Assembly: GCA_963575745.1 (NCBI GenBank)
Contig: CAUYUJ010000160.1
Span: 1-64,000, forward strand
Length of the DNA: 64,000 nt
Origin: Prorocentrum cordatum
Lineage: Eukaryota
Direction of reading: 5' to 3'
Positions 63,909-64,000 of the stretch are shown one piece after another; position 1 is the stretch's first letter, and every line of letters begins with the position of its first letter. The translations under genes and the position numbers were made by a program. The notes under the pieces were generated by a model. The model made no database searches, was not told where the DNA came from, and was given only the letters and a program-made list of their open reading frames with translations.

Positions 63909-64000
63909 ATGATGACCATGATGCTGATGCTGATGCTGCTGATGATGATAATGCTGCTGCTGATGATGCTGATACTCATGATGATCATAATGCTGATGAT
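63440..64000. repeat. Degenerate (GAC/GAT)n array running off the window
   Basis: Direct observation. Confidence 0.9.

Overview
Eukaryotic, GC-rich, very repeat-dense genomic DNA, most likely from a dinoflagellate. This is an inference from two relict dinoflagellate spliced-leader (DinoSL) motifs, a GA-donor/AG|G intron boundary and GC3-rich long exons. Most ORF-track entries are translations of trinucleotide and dinucleotide arrays and are not genes. Supported content: (1) one convincing host gene on +, a signal-peptide, internally duplicated coiled-coil protein of about 710 aa, encoded by a 1.2-kb exon (17719-18954), a 27-nt micro-exon (20681-20707) and a last exon 14 kb downstream (34752-35621) that lacks a canonical AG acceptor; (2) two decayed non-LTR retrotransposons, one with RNase H between the endonuclease and the RT region; (3) two inverted copies of a 0.5-kb element with subterminal inverted repeats and a telomere-like microsatellite, one with its empty T-run site visible, matching a Helentron/HINE-type architecture; (4) a 2.3-kb non-repetitive island between two copies of a dispersed repeat, with a broken multi-zinc-finger frame and an intact 263-aa orphan ORF; (5) a CxxC x4 coding fragment trapped between hairpin-terminated repeats; (6) three foldback elements in one intron, several satellites, and GAT arrays with higher-order structure. 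No rRNA, tRNA or CRISPR array was recognised. All protein-family calls come from motif recognition by eye, not database searches.
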